From: Candidatus Altimarinota bacterium
GTDB taxonomy: Bacteria; Patescibacteriota; Gracilibacteria; BD1-5; UBA2023
NCBI GenBank assembly: GCA_043722085.1
Contig: JAYSPL010000136.1
Location: 1 to 36,200, forward strand
Reading direction: 5' to 3'
DNA length: 36,200 nucleotides
Positions 1-11,085 of this stretch are shown in pieces; the first letter of the stretch is position 1, and each line of letters starts with the position of its first letter. A program made the translations under genes and the position numbers. The notes under the pieces are model-generated. The model made no database searches, was not told the origin of the DNA, and worked only from the letters and a program-made list of their open reading frames with translations.

Positions 1-291
1 ACGCAGTACCTGCTTCGTCTTACCAAGAGTAACCTAGAGCAGATATGGTTTTTGTTGGAATTTTGTCAAGCGGAAATGTGGGTAGTGTGAGTGATTACAG
101 AAAATAATTTTGACAAAACTCCTCCCATACATACTATCATCTTATGAATCTCAAGGAAATCCTCCTCACATACCTTGTCCCCCCTCCCCTATCGACTCCC
201 TGACGGTAATTTTGTTGTAAATACTAAAAATTCCCTCCAGAGAGTCTTACGCTTTGAGGGGATTTTTATGTTTCTGAACGACCCCCACTAG
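1..291 (+). CDS. 3' end of an unidentified CDS (partial, runs off the left edge)
   Basis: Frame +1 is open for 96 codons from base 1 to TAG 289-291 with TGA=Gly (2 in-frame TGA). No recognisable motif. Confidence 0.3.
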
Positions 292-354
292 GAACTTTCC
301 ACTTTGGAATAATAATATTTTCTCTATACTACTCGCATTACCCTCCATACAATT

Positions 355-1572
355 ATGCTATTTCTTTCAAAAATCCCTTTTAAAACTCAAAAATCAATCC
401 CATCAGGATCTGATAATCGTGGTACGGGGCTCCTCCTTCAGGCGGGTTTTATCCGTATGACCCTCGCTTGAGCCTATAACTACACGACACTCGGACTCAA
501 AACACTCAGGCGCATCGAGAATATCGTGCGAGAAGAGATGAATGCAATCGGTTCTAGTGAAGTGCTCTTGACAGCACTCGGGGCAAAGGAAAACTGGGAG
601 AAAACAGATCGTTGGGATACGGTCGATATCCTGTTCAAGCTGCCCGCTGCCGAATGACGCGAATATGCTCTCAATCCAACTCATGAAGAAGTGGTTACTC
701 CACTTATGGGAGAATTCATCCAATCATACAAAGACCTCGAAAATTGTTCAGTATATCAGATTCAGACGAAGTTCCGCAATGAAAAACGGGCCAAATCATG
801 ACTCCTCAGAGGCCGAGAATTTCTCATGAAGGATATGTATTCATTTCATCGGACTCAAGAAGAACTTGATACCTACTTCGAAGTAGTTCATGGTGCCTAT
901 GATCGTGTATTTGAAAGACTTGGACTCGCAGAATCTACATACTACACATTTGCCAGTGGTGGAGATTTTTCGAAATATTCGTATGAATTCCAGACTGAGA
1001 TCGGAATTGGTGAAGATGAGATCTTTATCTGCAACAAATGCGGGCAAGCTCATAACAAAGAGATCATCGATGAACATCAATTTATCTGTGCAGAATGTGG
1101 AAATACGGAATGTGAGCAAAAGATTGTCTCGGAAGTCGCGAATATCTTCAAGCTTGGTTCTCGGTTTTCTGATACATTCTGACTCAAATACCAGGATGCG
1201 GATGGACAATCCAAAAATATCGTCATGGGATGTTATGGGATTGGAATATCTCGACTCATGGGACTCATTGCGGAAAAATTCTCAGACGAGAAATGACTCG
1301 TTTGGCCAGAACAGGTGGCGCCATATTCTCATATTATGATTGTTATTGGTGATCATCTTGAAGTGGCCAAAAAACTCGCGACTTTCCTAGAATCAACATG
1401 AGCCACGGTTCTCATAGATGACCGAACCGCTGGATTTGGACAAAAGGCCGGAGATGCAGATCTCTTTGGGATACCAAATCGTATTATTGTATCAGATAAA
1501 ACTCTAGAAAAGTGAGGCTATGAACTCAAGAAGCGCACCGAAACTGATGGTATGATCGTTGTGATGATCTAG
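355..1572 (+). CDS. proS: prolyl-tRNA synthetase (short form, no INS editing domain)
   Basis: ATG 355 to TAG 1570-1572, one frame across 7 in-frame TGA. It absorbs track ORF 826..1182. Motifs [27 protein letters not shown] (class II motif 2) and [12 protein letters not shown] (motif 3), plus a CxxC...CxxC insert. Confidence 0.9.
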
Positions 1573-1987
1573 TCTGTATTAAGATGGTTTCTTCCGTATG
1601 TGAATTTTGTTATTTTTTGCAAAAAAGTAAATGGAAATGGTGTCAGGAAAATATTTTATAACTAGATATAGAGAAATGACTACGAAAATAATAATATGAA
1701 AAGAGGAATATAGCCTTGAGAATGATATTTCAAAGACTTTTTTGGAAGCATGAGAAGAAAAGTGAATTAATATTCCTTTCTCTTGTAGAAATGGATTTTG
1801 TTTTTCCTGTGCTTGTAGAATTAAGAAGTGAAAGGAGTTTATAAATAGAGAGTTACAATGAAATGATATGGTTACTGATCCAAATGATGATATTATTTTA
1901 ACTTGTGTTGCGTGACCTACTGATAGTAATGCAGAGATCGAACTTGAAACGATATAATCAAATCATCTCATATATAAAATCATCCAT

Positions 1988-2608
1988 ATGATGCGTAAAA
2001 TATTCCTCTTCATCATTGCACTCGCAATACTCCTCATGGCTCCATGGGTGATTATCTCGTTGTCAGTACAACAACATATTTACCGAAGCGTTGAAGATAT
2101 TCCGAATCGAGAAGTTGGTATTGTCCTGGGTACCAGTCCGTGAGTCAATGGCAGCAATCTTTTTTTTAAAACTCGCATAGAGGCCGCGAAGGAGCTCTAT
2201 GAACGTGGACGTATTCATCATATCATCGTTTCTGGAGACAATAGTGATAAGAGCTACAATGAGCCTGAATTTATGAAAAAAGCACTCATGAAATCATGAG
2301 TGCCTGAGGAAGTGATTACGATGGACTTTGCAGGATTTCGTACCCTCGATTCGGTCGTGAGGGCAAGTGAGGTATTTTCACTCACGGGAGGATTCACGAT
2401 CATATCACAGCCATTCCACGTAGAGCGAGCACTATTTCTGGCTCAGGCAAACAGGATCGATGCGATCGGATATGGGGCGGCAAATGTGTCTCTCGAATAT
2501 GGACTCTACGCCTATATCCGTGAGATTCCCGCACGATGGCTTGCCCTCTATGATGCCTGGTCTGGAACTGAAGCGACGGTACTCTGAGAAAAAGAGTCAA
2601 TACGCTAA
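1988..2608 (+). CDS. sanA: SanA/DUF218 family membrane protein
   Basis: N-terminal TM helix, then GIVLGTSP, IIVSGDNSDKSYNEPEFM, DFAGFRTLDSVVRA and ISQPFHVERALF, closely matching E. coli SanA. 3 in-frame TGA, TAA at 2606-2608. Extends track ORF 2300..2587. Confidence 0.85.
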
Positions 2609-3634
2609 TTACTCAATCACTCCACTTCCCATAACTCTATCTCCCTCATAGATCACACAAATTTGTCCACTGGCCATCGCACGCTGCGGACTTTCAAATA
2701 AGACTTCTATATGAGAGTCTCATTTTATGAGAGTACAAGGCTGATCTATTTGACGATACCTGACCTTGGCTCCATATACCTTCCCTACTTCTGGAATTGC
2801 TCATATCCAATCTGTAAGAGTGCATTCAGAGGAAAATAGGGCCTTCTCATCCTCATATCCTACAGTAATGGTATTTTGCACAGTATCTTTGGCAATCACG
2901 AAGAGAGATGGCCCTCATCCTACTTCTATGCCACGTCTTTGGCCGATTGTATAAGAAAAGGCACCGTCATGCTTCCCTATTATTTTACCCACCGTATTGA
3001 GGATATTTCCGGGTTTTTTAGCAAATCTCCGCTCTAAAAATTCTTTCATCGAAACCTTCCCAATAAAACAGAGTCATTGACTATCTTTACGATATGCATT
3101 TGGAAGGCCGATTTCTGAGGCAATTTTTCGAACTGCAGATTTCTCGAGCTGTCCTATTGGAAAGCGTGCGTGCTCGAGTTGAAAAGAGGAAAGGCGTGCC
3201 AAAAAATAGGACTGATCCTTGGTAGGATCAAGTCACTTGAGGAGTTTCGCGTCCATCGTTCGGGCGTAGTGTCCCATCGCAATACCATCAAAACCCAGTG
3301 AGAGCGCCTCTTCGAGAAACAGATCAAACTTGATTAAGTTATTACAAAATACGTCAGGATTTGGGGTTCTTCCCTTTTCATACTCACGATAGATATAGTC
3401 GATAATTCGTTTTTCATACTCCTCTCGATAGTCAAAGGTATAAAATGGAAGATGCAAAAAATCTGCTACAGCACGAGCTTCTGCAAGATCAGCACGCGTA
3501 GGACAACTCGCGCTATCTTCATCGAGATAATTGATCATAAACCCACAAGACACTTCGTATCCCTCTGTTTGGAGGAGGTAGGCTGAAACGGCAGAATCAA
3601 CCCCTCAAGACAGTCATACGAGGATTTTTTTCAT
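2609..3634 (-). CDS. mnmA: tRNA-specific 2-thiouridylase MnmA
   Basis: ATG at 3634. PP-loop [21 protein letters not shown] has both Gly as TGA (3614-3616, 3605-3607). Also [23 protein letters not shown] and KDSQ-G-LCFIG. TAA at 2609-2611. Contains track ORF 3233..3553. Confidence 0.92.
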
Positions 3635-3639
3635 TATTT

Positions 3640-4272
3640 TTATTGCAGATTATCAATTATTTCTTGCCAGTTTTTAACTCGATAGAGTTGTGAGTATTCA
3701 TCAAGTATATTTTTATTCCATGGCTTTTCGAGAAGGATCATGGAGAGTCCAGCACCAACCATATCGTGAGCATTGCCCATGTGATCATCAATGAGAAGGG
3801 TGATTCCTTTATTTTTACAAACTACCGATTTTGGCAGTGCATCCTCGTTATAGTGATTCACAAAGTAGATATTATCCATGGTAATTTCTGGAAAATAACA
3901 TGCCACCCAATTGAGTGTTATCTGTTTTTTTAGGGCGTCATTCCCACTTCTGGCAGTTACGATGGAACACTTGATTCCAGTATCCATGAGGCGCCTTACA
4001 CCATAGATAGCTCCTTCCGCTACCGTTACATCTTCGGGTTTCTGGGTACGAAGATTGTATTCATGCCAGATATCATACATTTCTTCTTTCGAGATCAAAA
4101 ATGAAGGATCTTCATACAGATCGTGCACATAGAATTGTTCGATACTCGTGCAATGAAGCAACTTTCACATACTATGCGCAACCATGAGCATTCCTGAGAA
4201 TGTATTAGCGAGCGTCTCATCCAGATCAATCCCAATATGTTGGTGTTTTTTGAAGATATCTTTTGGAAGCAT
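3640..4272 (-). CDS. HAD-superfamily hydrolase, 5'(3')-nucleotidase-like
   Basis: N-terminal DxDxT motif IGIDLDETLA appears only after reading through TGA at 4162-4164. C-terminal LLIDDH aspartate motif. Its ATG overlaps the upstream gene's TAA (TAATG). Confidence 0.7.
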
Positions 4273-5000
4273 TACTGGATATGGTTACGAGTACTATTTT
4301 CATTTATTTTTTCCATAAAAAAGTCTTCGAGTGGAATATGAAGTTCTGATATCTTCATATTCGCGATCATTTTTCCTTCGCAAATAATTCCAAAGCTATC
4401 ACAAATCGTTTCAACATCTGAGAGGATATGGGTATTAAAAAATATTGTTTTTTTTTGTTTTTTGAGCTCTATCATGAGGTCTTTTACCATCTTTCGCCCT
4501 ATTGGATCGAGTCCACTCATAGGTTCATCCAAAAATATGATCTCAGGATCATGAAGTATTGCCTGGGCCAGTCCGATTCGTTGCAGCATTCACTTGGAAT
4601 AGGTATTGAGTCGCTTATCTCGAGCCGCACTCAATCCAACTTTTTCTAGTGCCCAATCCTTTCTCAATTTGAGTTCATCAGAACTGAGCGCATAGAATTT
4701 CCCATTGAAATCCAGAAACTCATCACCCGTCAAGTACTTGTAGAGGTAAGTATTCTCTGGCATAAATCCAATCCGCCGTTGCACGCTCAGGTCCATTGGA
4801 GAAAGTCAGAATATCTCTACACTCCCCTCAGTTGGCTGTATGATACCAAGAATTGCCTTCATGGTGGTTGTTTTTCCGGCACCATTGGGTCCCAGAAATC
4901 CAAATACTTCTCCAGAATGGAGCGTGAGAGAAATATCTGAAAGAATATCCGATTTTCCGATAGTTTTCGAAATATTTTTGAGAGAAATAACTGTGTTCAT
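4272..5000 (-). CDS. ABC transporter ATP-binding protein (ABC-2/daunorubicin-type)
   Basis: Three track fragments (4806..5000, 4590..4796, 4272..4589) are one frame joined by TGA. Walker [10 protein letters not shown], signature YSK-G-MLQR, Walker B IIFLDEP, H-loop NTHIL. Confidence 0.88.
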
Positions 5001-5025
5001 ATGTCAAAGATGGGGAGAATATATA

Positions 5026-5364
5026 TTATATTTTTCTGATTTGGATACGTATCTCTGCAACCTCATATCCCACTGGGATACCCGACACCTCAATATTTTC
5101 CATAGGAAAATCGCAAAACATACCTGATGCGTCCTCCACGAGGTGAGCATGAGTCAGATTATTGCATTCATAGTAGGTCTTACCATTGATACCTGGAAAT
5201 CGCCTCAGTATCCCTTGTTCCGCCATGGATTCGATATTTCGGTACACGGTGGCTCGCCCTATCTTTGGCTCTCGGATACGAATCTCATCAAAAATATCAT
5301 CAGCCGAAAGATGACGACAGGTACACGTATCACAGATGATATCACGATATTGATGGGTGCGCAT
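5026..5364 (-). CDS. Fur-family transcriptional regulator (short)
   Basis: Winged-helix segment IGRATVYRNIESMAEQGIL and HAHL motif. One of the few genes here with an AGGAG Shine-Dalgarno upstream (5367-5371). Confidence 0.75.
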   Translation of the reverse strand: MRTHQYRDIICDTCTCRHLSADDIFDEIRIREPKIGRATVYRNIESMAEQGILRRFPGINGKTYYECNNLTHAHLVEDASGMFCDFPMENIEVSGIPVGYEVAEIRIQIRKI

Positions 5365-5414
5365 GTCTCCTATTATGAGAAAAATTCTCAGAAAAGCAAC
5401 TTTTCTATACTCAT

Positions 5415-6032
5415 CTATCGTATAGAATACTTGTCACCAAAAGAATCAACGAACATCTTCTCATCATACTTCATCTTTTCTCTCCACTCTTCTGGATCAC
5501 CATAATCTGCAAAATCACGATACCAGCCATGGGAAAATCGTGGCTTATGAGCCGCTTTGAGTGGACACCAAAACCGCTCAGTACGAGCGCCAATCTCAAC
5601 GGCATAGGCAAATACTCCATTGACGTAGCTACAATAGAGACAATTTAGTTTTTCAAGCGGATTGAGGTAGTCGAGAAAGCGTCTATCAAAAATAATAAAA
5701 TCTGCCCGTTTCACAAATGGGATACCATACAGCCAAAAAGCAATCCGTTGAAATATCGTAATACAGATATCCAACAATACCGTTGGAATAATCATGCCGT
5801 AGATAAATGGAATCGCGATAATATAGAGAACATGACGCCACTTGCTCGGGATGAGATACTGATAGAGTGGGATTTTTTTGGTCTTATTGGACCGAGCGAA
5901 TATCTCTAGAAACACTACTTTTTTTTGCTGAAAGAAAAAACCATATTTGTCAGATAATCGTTCATATTCTCACTTGAGATCATTATTGAGGGCTTCGATT
6001 TTTAAGAGAATATCTCGAATTTTTGATTGCAT
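5415..6032 (-). CDS. hypothetical membrane protein (coiled-coil N-terminus, conserved ERFWCPLKAAHKPRF segment)
   Basis: Track ORF 5415..5915 starts at GTG. Read-through of TGA 5970-5972 extends it to ATG 6030-6032. Two hydrophobic helices. Confidence 0.5.
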
Positions 6033-6086
6033 AGCATGGTACTAAAAAATAGTGAAATCCTAAGAAAGCGAAGCTCATACGGAATG

Positions 6087-6626
6087 CTAATCTCCTGATC
6101 CGACAATTACCTTCGCATGACGGAGGACTCTATCTCTCAAAAGGTATCATTTTTCAAACTCTGATACAATTCGACCCGCTTCACCCGGTATTTGTGTCAT
6201 GACGTCATGACGATCTGGATCTACTTCTTCACCCAGAGAAACAAATGTTGTTACTCACTGTGATTCGAGGAATTTTTGAAATCCAGCGAGTACTAAACGA
6301 ATACCATCCACAAATGCATCCCCTTCTACTCATTCTTTGAGTTTTACGGCACGTTCGAGATTGTCCATCTGCGTCAGAAGCGGTATGAGCATCTTCGTCG
6401 AGAGAAAAAAGGCCATATCCACCTTGTCTCGTTCAACTCGCATCAGAAGGTTCTGATAGTCTGCTTGCGATCGAGCCAGTGCGGCATGGAGTATAGATAC
6501 TTGCTCGAGAGTATTCATTGGCACGTCTTCACCAATGTTCTCAGTATCGTCATTGGGGGCTTCTATAATTGCCTCGATACTATCGAGAATCGTTGACTCT
6601 GGTTCTTTTGGATCTGGTATAGTCAT
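6087..6626 (-). CDS. grpE: nucleotide exchange factor GrpE
   Basis: Track ORF 6330..6626 continues through 3 TGA to TAG 6087-6089. C-terminal VDPDRHDVMTQ...EK-G-YLLRDRVLRHAKVIVG is the GrpE beta-domain signature. Confidence 0.85.
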
Positions 6627-6658
6627 GGTATGATTATAAGTATTTAGGGAAGGATAAT

Positions 6659-7222
6659 CTATTCAGCATTTTTTGAGTGAGCCTTCTTTTCTACGGGCTT
6701 TTTAACCGAAAGATCTTTTTGAGGCTCTTCTGGAAATGTTTCTGAGAATTTTGACTGGATTTTCGTATATGCAGCCATGAGTTCTGTGCGTGCATTTTTT
6801 AGCCATACATCGATCGTATCCTCTGAAATACCAGTAAATGAGGCGGCTTTTGACTTTGCAGCATTCAATGTTACTTCATGTGTTTTATAGAATTCTTGAG
6901 CAATTCATAGTAGTTCATCTTTTTTTATGATACCTGCTTTTTTAGCATCTTCCATTCGAGACTCAAGAGATCATGAAAAGTCTGAAATCATTCCAGAAAC
7001 CTGAGACTGCAGGTCGTCAAAGTTTTCAATATTCTCGAAGTTTTCTTTCACAAAACCCTTCATATCTCCAAAAGCGGTCTTATGAATATCTACTACTTCA
7101 TCAATAAATGAATTCAGTTTTGACTGCTTCGTGTCCATTTTTAACGTGCCAGCCTCTTTGCGATATTTCATAGCAACCGCAAGTCCCACAGCATATCCAG
7201 CAATCAGTGTAAAAAGTTTCAT
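6659..7222 (-). CDS. hypothetical membrane-anchored helical protein (YtxH-like)
   Basis: Track ORFs 6971..7222 and 6659..6868 are in one frame joined across 2 TGA. N-terminal TM LIAGYAVGLAVAM followed by charged helical sequence. Confidence 0.5.
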
Positions 7223-7744
7223 AAGCTATATAATAAAAAAAATAAAGTATCAAGTGGTCTATGAGAGATACACAATGAATTATGCACCCCATTACCACGC
7301 AAGGCTCTAGTATAACACTGTACAAATCACTTATACTGGATTGCCATTATATGTGGAATCCTGATTTTTTCAAATCGTTTTTGAGAGGAATTGCTCATAT
7401 GCAGTATCCATCAATAGAGAATCATCCTCTCCTCGAATTCCTTGGTGGTCTCGGATATCTGAGATTCCTGATATAACCCACGTGTATTGGTCAGTCAGCT
7501 TGATATATCCCATCGATATATATTCTTCAGGTGCAAAATCCCGCTAGAGAATCAATTCTGATCAAGCTATCATCAGTATGACACGTAGAATTGACATACC
7601 ATATATACAGAAAAAATGAGATGATTGCTCAAATGGAAAATTGACATCTCGATTGCGAATATTATCAGATTTCCTATAAGGCACGATACTGGCAACTACT
7701 CATTGTATTGAGTGAAATACAAGAAGATATATGATATCAGAAAA

Positions 7745-9250
7745 TTATATTCGTTCCAGTCTCACCACCGTCTCGATATGATGCGTATGAGGAAACATAT
7801 CCATTGGCGTAATATCAGTTATCCGATACTGAGCAATACATGGTGTATTTGAGATATTTTTTTGATGTATTTCTAGAGGTGCTAGTTCTGTGGCATCAGA
7901 ATCGGTCGTCTGGTGACTCATATCTCGACCCAGCATGATCGAAATATCGCGAACCAGTGTGGCTGGATTACAAGACACATAGATAATTTCACGAGCGCCA
8001 AATGCGAGGATATGAGGAATGGCGCTGGCATGAAGGCCATCTCTTGGAGGATCCAATACAATGGTATCAGCCCTTCCTCATTCGGTTGAGAATTTTTTGG
8101 CAAAGTCTTCTACCTTCGCATTTACGAATTCCACATTCCCGACCTTATTTCTGTCTGCATTTTTGAGTCCATCTTCACTCGAAGATGCGACGAGTTCTAC
8201 CGAATATACTCGACTAAAAGCACTTGCTAGGAGAATCCCAATCGTCCCAGTGCCGGCATAGAGATCAAGAAGAACTCCACCCTTATACTGGATCGAATCC
8301 ATCACGCTCGTATAGAGCTTCTCCGCGCCGAGCGTATTGACTTGGAAAAAACTCTTCGGTTGAATCTCAAATGTCAAACCCAAGAGCTCATCGGTGATCG
8401 TTGTTTTTCCATACAGTAATACTTGATTTCCTTGGACCACATCAGCTCGTCCAGTATTTTCTAAGAAGTGGATAGAAGCAACATTATTATATTTTTCGGA
8501 CAGTTGTTGAACTATTTGAGTGAAAAAATGTTCTTTTGTTCCATAGATCGCCACTTGAGAAGCATCAAATATACCGTTTACTGAAAATATAAGCATCGTC
8601 TCTCAGGTCTTTTTGGCCCGTCTGACAACGAGGTGTCGCCAGAATCCAATCCCAGTTTTTGGATCATAGGTTGGCAGGTGTGAATCGCGTGCGAAGGTAT
8701 CTATATCCTTGTAGATCGCATTCGTGTTTTCATCAGCCAGCACACAGTACCAACAATTTTCAATTCGATCAAATTGTCCCTGAACATGAAATCCAAATCG
8801 ATACTCATCGTGTATTCATTCTCTGTCGGAAATATACTTTCCCCATGAGAACTCAACTTTGTTTCGATAGTGCTCTGAATCCGGCGATCTGATAATCGTA
8901 TGCCAAGTGGTACCCACTGTTTCCTCACGCAGTGAATGAAAGGCCTCAGTGATCTGTTGTTGCTTGATCTCGAGTTGTTTCGGGTATGGGATCGGAAGCC
9001 ACTTGCAACCACCATAGAGTTGCCAATTGGAAGGAATATCGAGCTCGAGTGGTGACCGTTTCACTGTTCTATAGATTTGCGCTTCTAGGTGATTCTTTTT
9101 AGACTTGGTAATCCTGAGATCGACGATAGCATCGGGAATGGCTCAACCCGAAACAATGATCTTACGACCATCAGAAGCGGTTGCCAGTCATGACCCTCCA
9201 AATATGAGCTTTTCTATGTGTATATTTTGGAGTATATCGTTTTTTTTCAT
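7745..9250 (-). CDS. TRAM-domain 23S rRNA (uracil-5)-methyltransferase, RumA/RlmD (TrmA) family
   Basis: Three track fragments (8816..9064, 8078..8596, 7745..8056) plus an N-terminal TRAM-like piece are one frame (ATG 9250) across 5 TGA. SAM motif LDLYAGTGTIG, DPPRDG, YVSCNPATLVRD, DMFPHTHHIE. Confidence 0.88.
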
Positions 9251-9252
9251 AG

Positions 9253-9410
9253 TTCAAATGGAGTGAGGAAAATAAAATGTAATTTTAGCTTTACGAATGG
9301 AATGCAGAACTAAGAGGCAAGGCCTCATATTCAAATGGAGTGAGGAAAATAAAATGTAATTTTAGCTTTACGAATGGAATGCAGAACTAAGAGGCAAGGC
9401 CTCATATTCA
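9253..9410. repeat. perfect 77-bp tandem duplication (2.05 copies)
   Basis: Unit ttcaaatggagtgaggaaaataaaatgtaattttagctttacgaatggaatgcagaactaagaggcaaggcctcatat occurs at 9253-9329 and 9330-9406, then ttca. It starts 3 nt upstream of the methyltransferase ATG. Confidence 0.95.
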
Positions 9411-9425
9411 AGTTGGTTTCAGAAG

Positions 9426-9453
9426 CCAAAAATCCTGAACTATAGAGTTCAGG
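9426..9453 (-). terminator. rho-independent terminator candidate
   Basis: Minus strand reads cctgaact-ctat-agttcagg (8-bp stem, 4-nt loop) followed by atttttgg. It lies downstream of the 9611..10132 gene. Confidence 0.5.
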
Positions 9454-9610
9454 AAGTATAGAGAGAAAAAATGAAAAAGAAATTTATTTTTTTACTTTTG
9501 ACGTATTGTGTGAGCTTACTCTGCACGTTGCAGTTATACTTGGCAATGGGAGTGCAATCTCAGTCTAATATCCGTAATGTTCTGGTGATATCTAATGAGT
9601 TGCATGCATT

Positions 9611-10132
9611 TTATTCTCACTTACTCGTTATACTATAGCGCTGCCCCGCACTCATGAATTCTGTATCTGTGAGGGCGATAGGCGTACCTGGAACAATACC
9701 GGCTACCAATTCTGCAATGGTAGTTCCAGGGGCAATATCCGCACCATGCATATCGATGCTGATATGGTATGTTCCCATCTCAGGCTGTCCAATGATATGT
9801 ACCGATGGACTCGTCGTGGTGAGTGATGTAAATTTGGTAGGATCGGAAAGGAGAGTGAACGCTACTTGGTCTACTTTGCTCGCTCTTGTTCCAAAGGTCA
9901 GAGAAAGTATAGAACCACTTCGTGACATAATGAGATCAGCATCATAGTGCTTCGTATCCGAAACATTGGCAACACTGGCCATAAGTCCCTGCATATCGAT
10001 ATCCCCATGAGAGAAACTCACGAGAGAAAATGCTGTAAATACGGCAATACCACCTGACAGGCAGTATTTACGAATTTGGCTAGACCTGTAGAGTGAGAAA
10101 AAGTCAGTTGTTTTTTTGATAGTTTTTTGCAT
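9611..10132 (-). CDS. hypothetical secreted/membrane-anchored protein
   Basis: ATG 10132, N-terminal hydrophobic segment GGIAVFTAFSLVSF. The track stop at 9617 is TGA; the true TAA is at 9611-9613. Confidence 0.55.
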
Positions 10133-10208
10133 AGGAGACTTGATAAAGAAGGGAAAATGGATATCTTATTGCAAGTCTACTCTGATTTCCTTTTTTTGTC
10201 AAATTATC

Positions 10209-10580
10209 ATGCCTCTGCGCGCATATTTCTTCATCTTATTTCTGATATTTTCAGCCAGTAGTGCTTCAGTCGCCATGCTCTATTTTTATATGGATCCGAA
10301 TACGGCACTGATGATGGCTTTTTCGCTCATGAGTATGGCGGTATTTCTTACCGCGAGTAGCTCACTTTCCCTTATTTTATTTTTTATCAAAAAGATCTAC
10401 TATCGAGGTGATGTCAATATCAGTACTATTCATTCGAGTATCCGGCAGGCTATTTTACTATCCGTTGGTGGCATCATGATGGTTGCACTCTATGGCGCTC
10501 ATATCTATGAGCCAAGATTGATTGCCACCGTATGGCTGACCCTGGGTTGTATTGAGGTGATGGCACAAGCCATAGAATAA
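10209..10580 (+). CDS. hypothetical multi-pass membrane protein
   Basis: ATG 10209 inside track ORF 10116..10580. About four hydrophobic helices. TAA at 10578-10580. Confidence 0.5.
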   Translation: MPLRAYFFILFLIFSASSASVAMLYFYMDPNTALMMAFSLMSMAVFLTASSSLSLILFFIKKIYYRGDVNISTIHSSIRQAILLSVGGIMMVALYGAHIYEPRLIATVWLTLGCIEVMAQAIE

Positions 10581-10595
10581 ACTCATTTATACCAT

Positions 10596-11060
10596 ATGTT
10601 CAAAAATCTCATACATCTCTTCTCATCAACCAAAAGACTCATCATGGGCATTGTGCTCATAATTGCTCTAGCACTTCTCTGGTGGTATACCACCGATATA
10701 GCGATCATGTTCGGTAATTATGGAAATATCCACACCTATACCGATATCATACTCTCATGAATTATGATAACCATGTTCCCAGTGTTTATCATGGCACTGT
10801 TCTATAGAAGCTGGAAGTATTGAAAACGTGCAGATATAGATTGAAAATCGATCAATTGAATGATTTGAGGAGTTATATGAACCATTATATCTGGTGCATC
10901 CTGCTGTGGTGCTACCCTTGCTGCGTCATTCGGACTCCTTCCTCTCCTGTCACTTCTTCCATATAATTGACTCGAAATCAAGATAGTGGGAACCGCTGGG
11001 CTCCTCTATGCGCTCCGAGAGATACTCCTACAACTCGAGACCTGCAGAATCAAGAAATAA
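10596..11060 (+). CDS. hypothetical membrane protein with vicinal-Cys helix (SGASCCGATLAASFGLLPLL)
   Basis: Visible only with TGA=Gly: 154 codons with 7 in-frame TGA, five of them within 10836-10880. ATG 10596, TAA 11058-11060. Absent from the standard-code ORF track. Confidence 0.5.
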
Positions 11061-11085
11061 TTGTACGCATCTAACGACTCCTCCC

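Noticed and set aside
232-268. Hairpin ccctc...gaggg followed by gattttt, which looks like a terminator upstream of proS.
   Set aside because: It falls inside the 96-codon open frame that runs from the window edge to TAG 289-291, and the stem is only 5 bp.
841-1209. Antisense and off-frame track ORFs overlapping well-supported genes. Examples: 841..1209 -, 890..1339 +, 17287..17610 -, 17462..17800 +, 20593..20907 +, 23837..24307 +, 25951..26247 +, 13828..14118 + and 30361..30549 +.
   Set aside because: Each lies opposite to, or out of frame with, a gene carrying strong family motifs. Their sequences are low-complexity or unfamiliar. With only TAA/TAG as stops, long spurious antisense ORFs are expected.
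1859-1957. Micro-ORFs in the proS-sanA spacer. Examples: MKGYGYGSKGGYYFNLCCVTYG, which would use five TGA-Gly codons, and MVTDPNDDIILTCVAGPTDSNAEIELETI.
   Set aside because: They overlap each other in different frames, have no ribosome-binding signal and no homology clue. Any AT-rich spacer yields such ORFs when TGA is sense.
4272-5000. The ABC ATPase as part of a complete transporter operon.
   Set aside because: No permease gene is adjacent; the neighbours are Fur and a HAD hydrolase. I therefore annotate only the ATPase and make no substrate claim.
9253-9410. The 77-bp repeat as a tRNA pair or a mini-CRISPR array.
   Set aside because: No acceptor, D or T-arm pairing and no GTTCRA T-loop on either strand. 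The two units are directly abutting with no spacers, so it is a simple tandem duplication.
9471-9638. 55-codon plus-strand ORF MKKKFIFLLLTYCVSLLCTLQ... with a signal-peptide look.
   Set aside because: It lies between the stop of the minus-strand gene (9611) and that gene's likely terminator (9426-9453), and it overlaps the gene end. It has no SD and no recognisable family. Kept only as a remote possibility.
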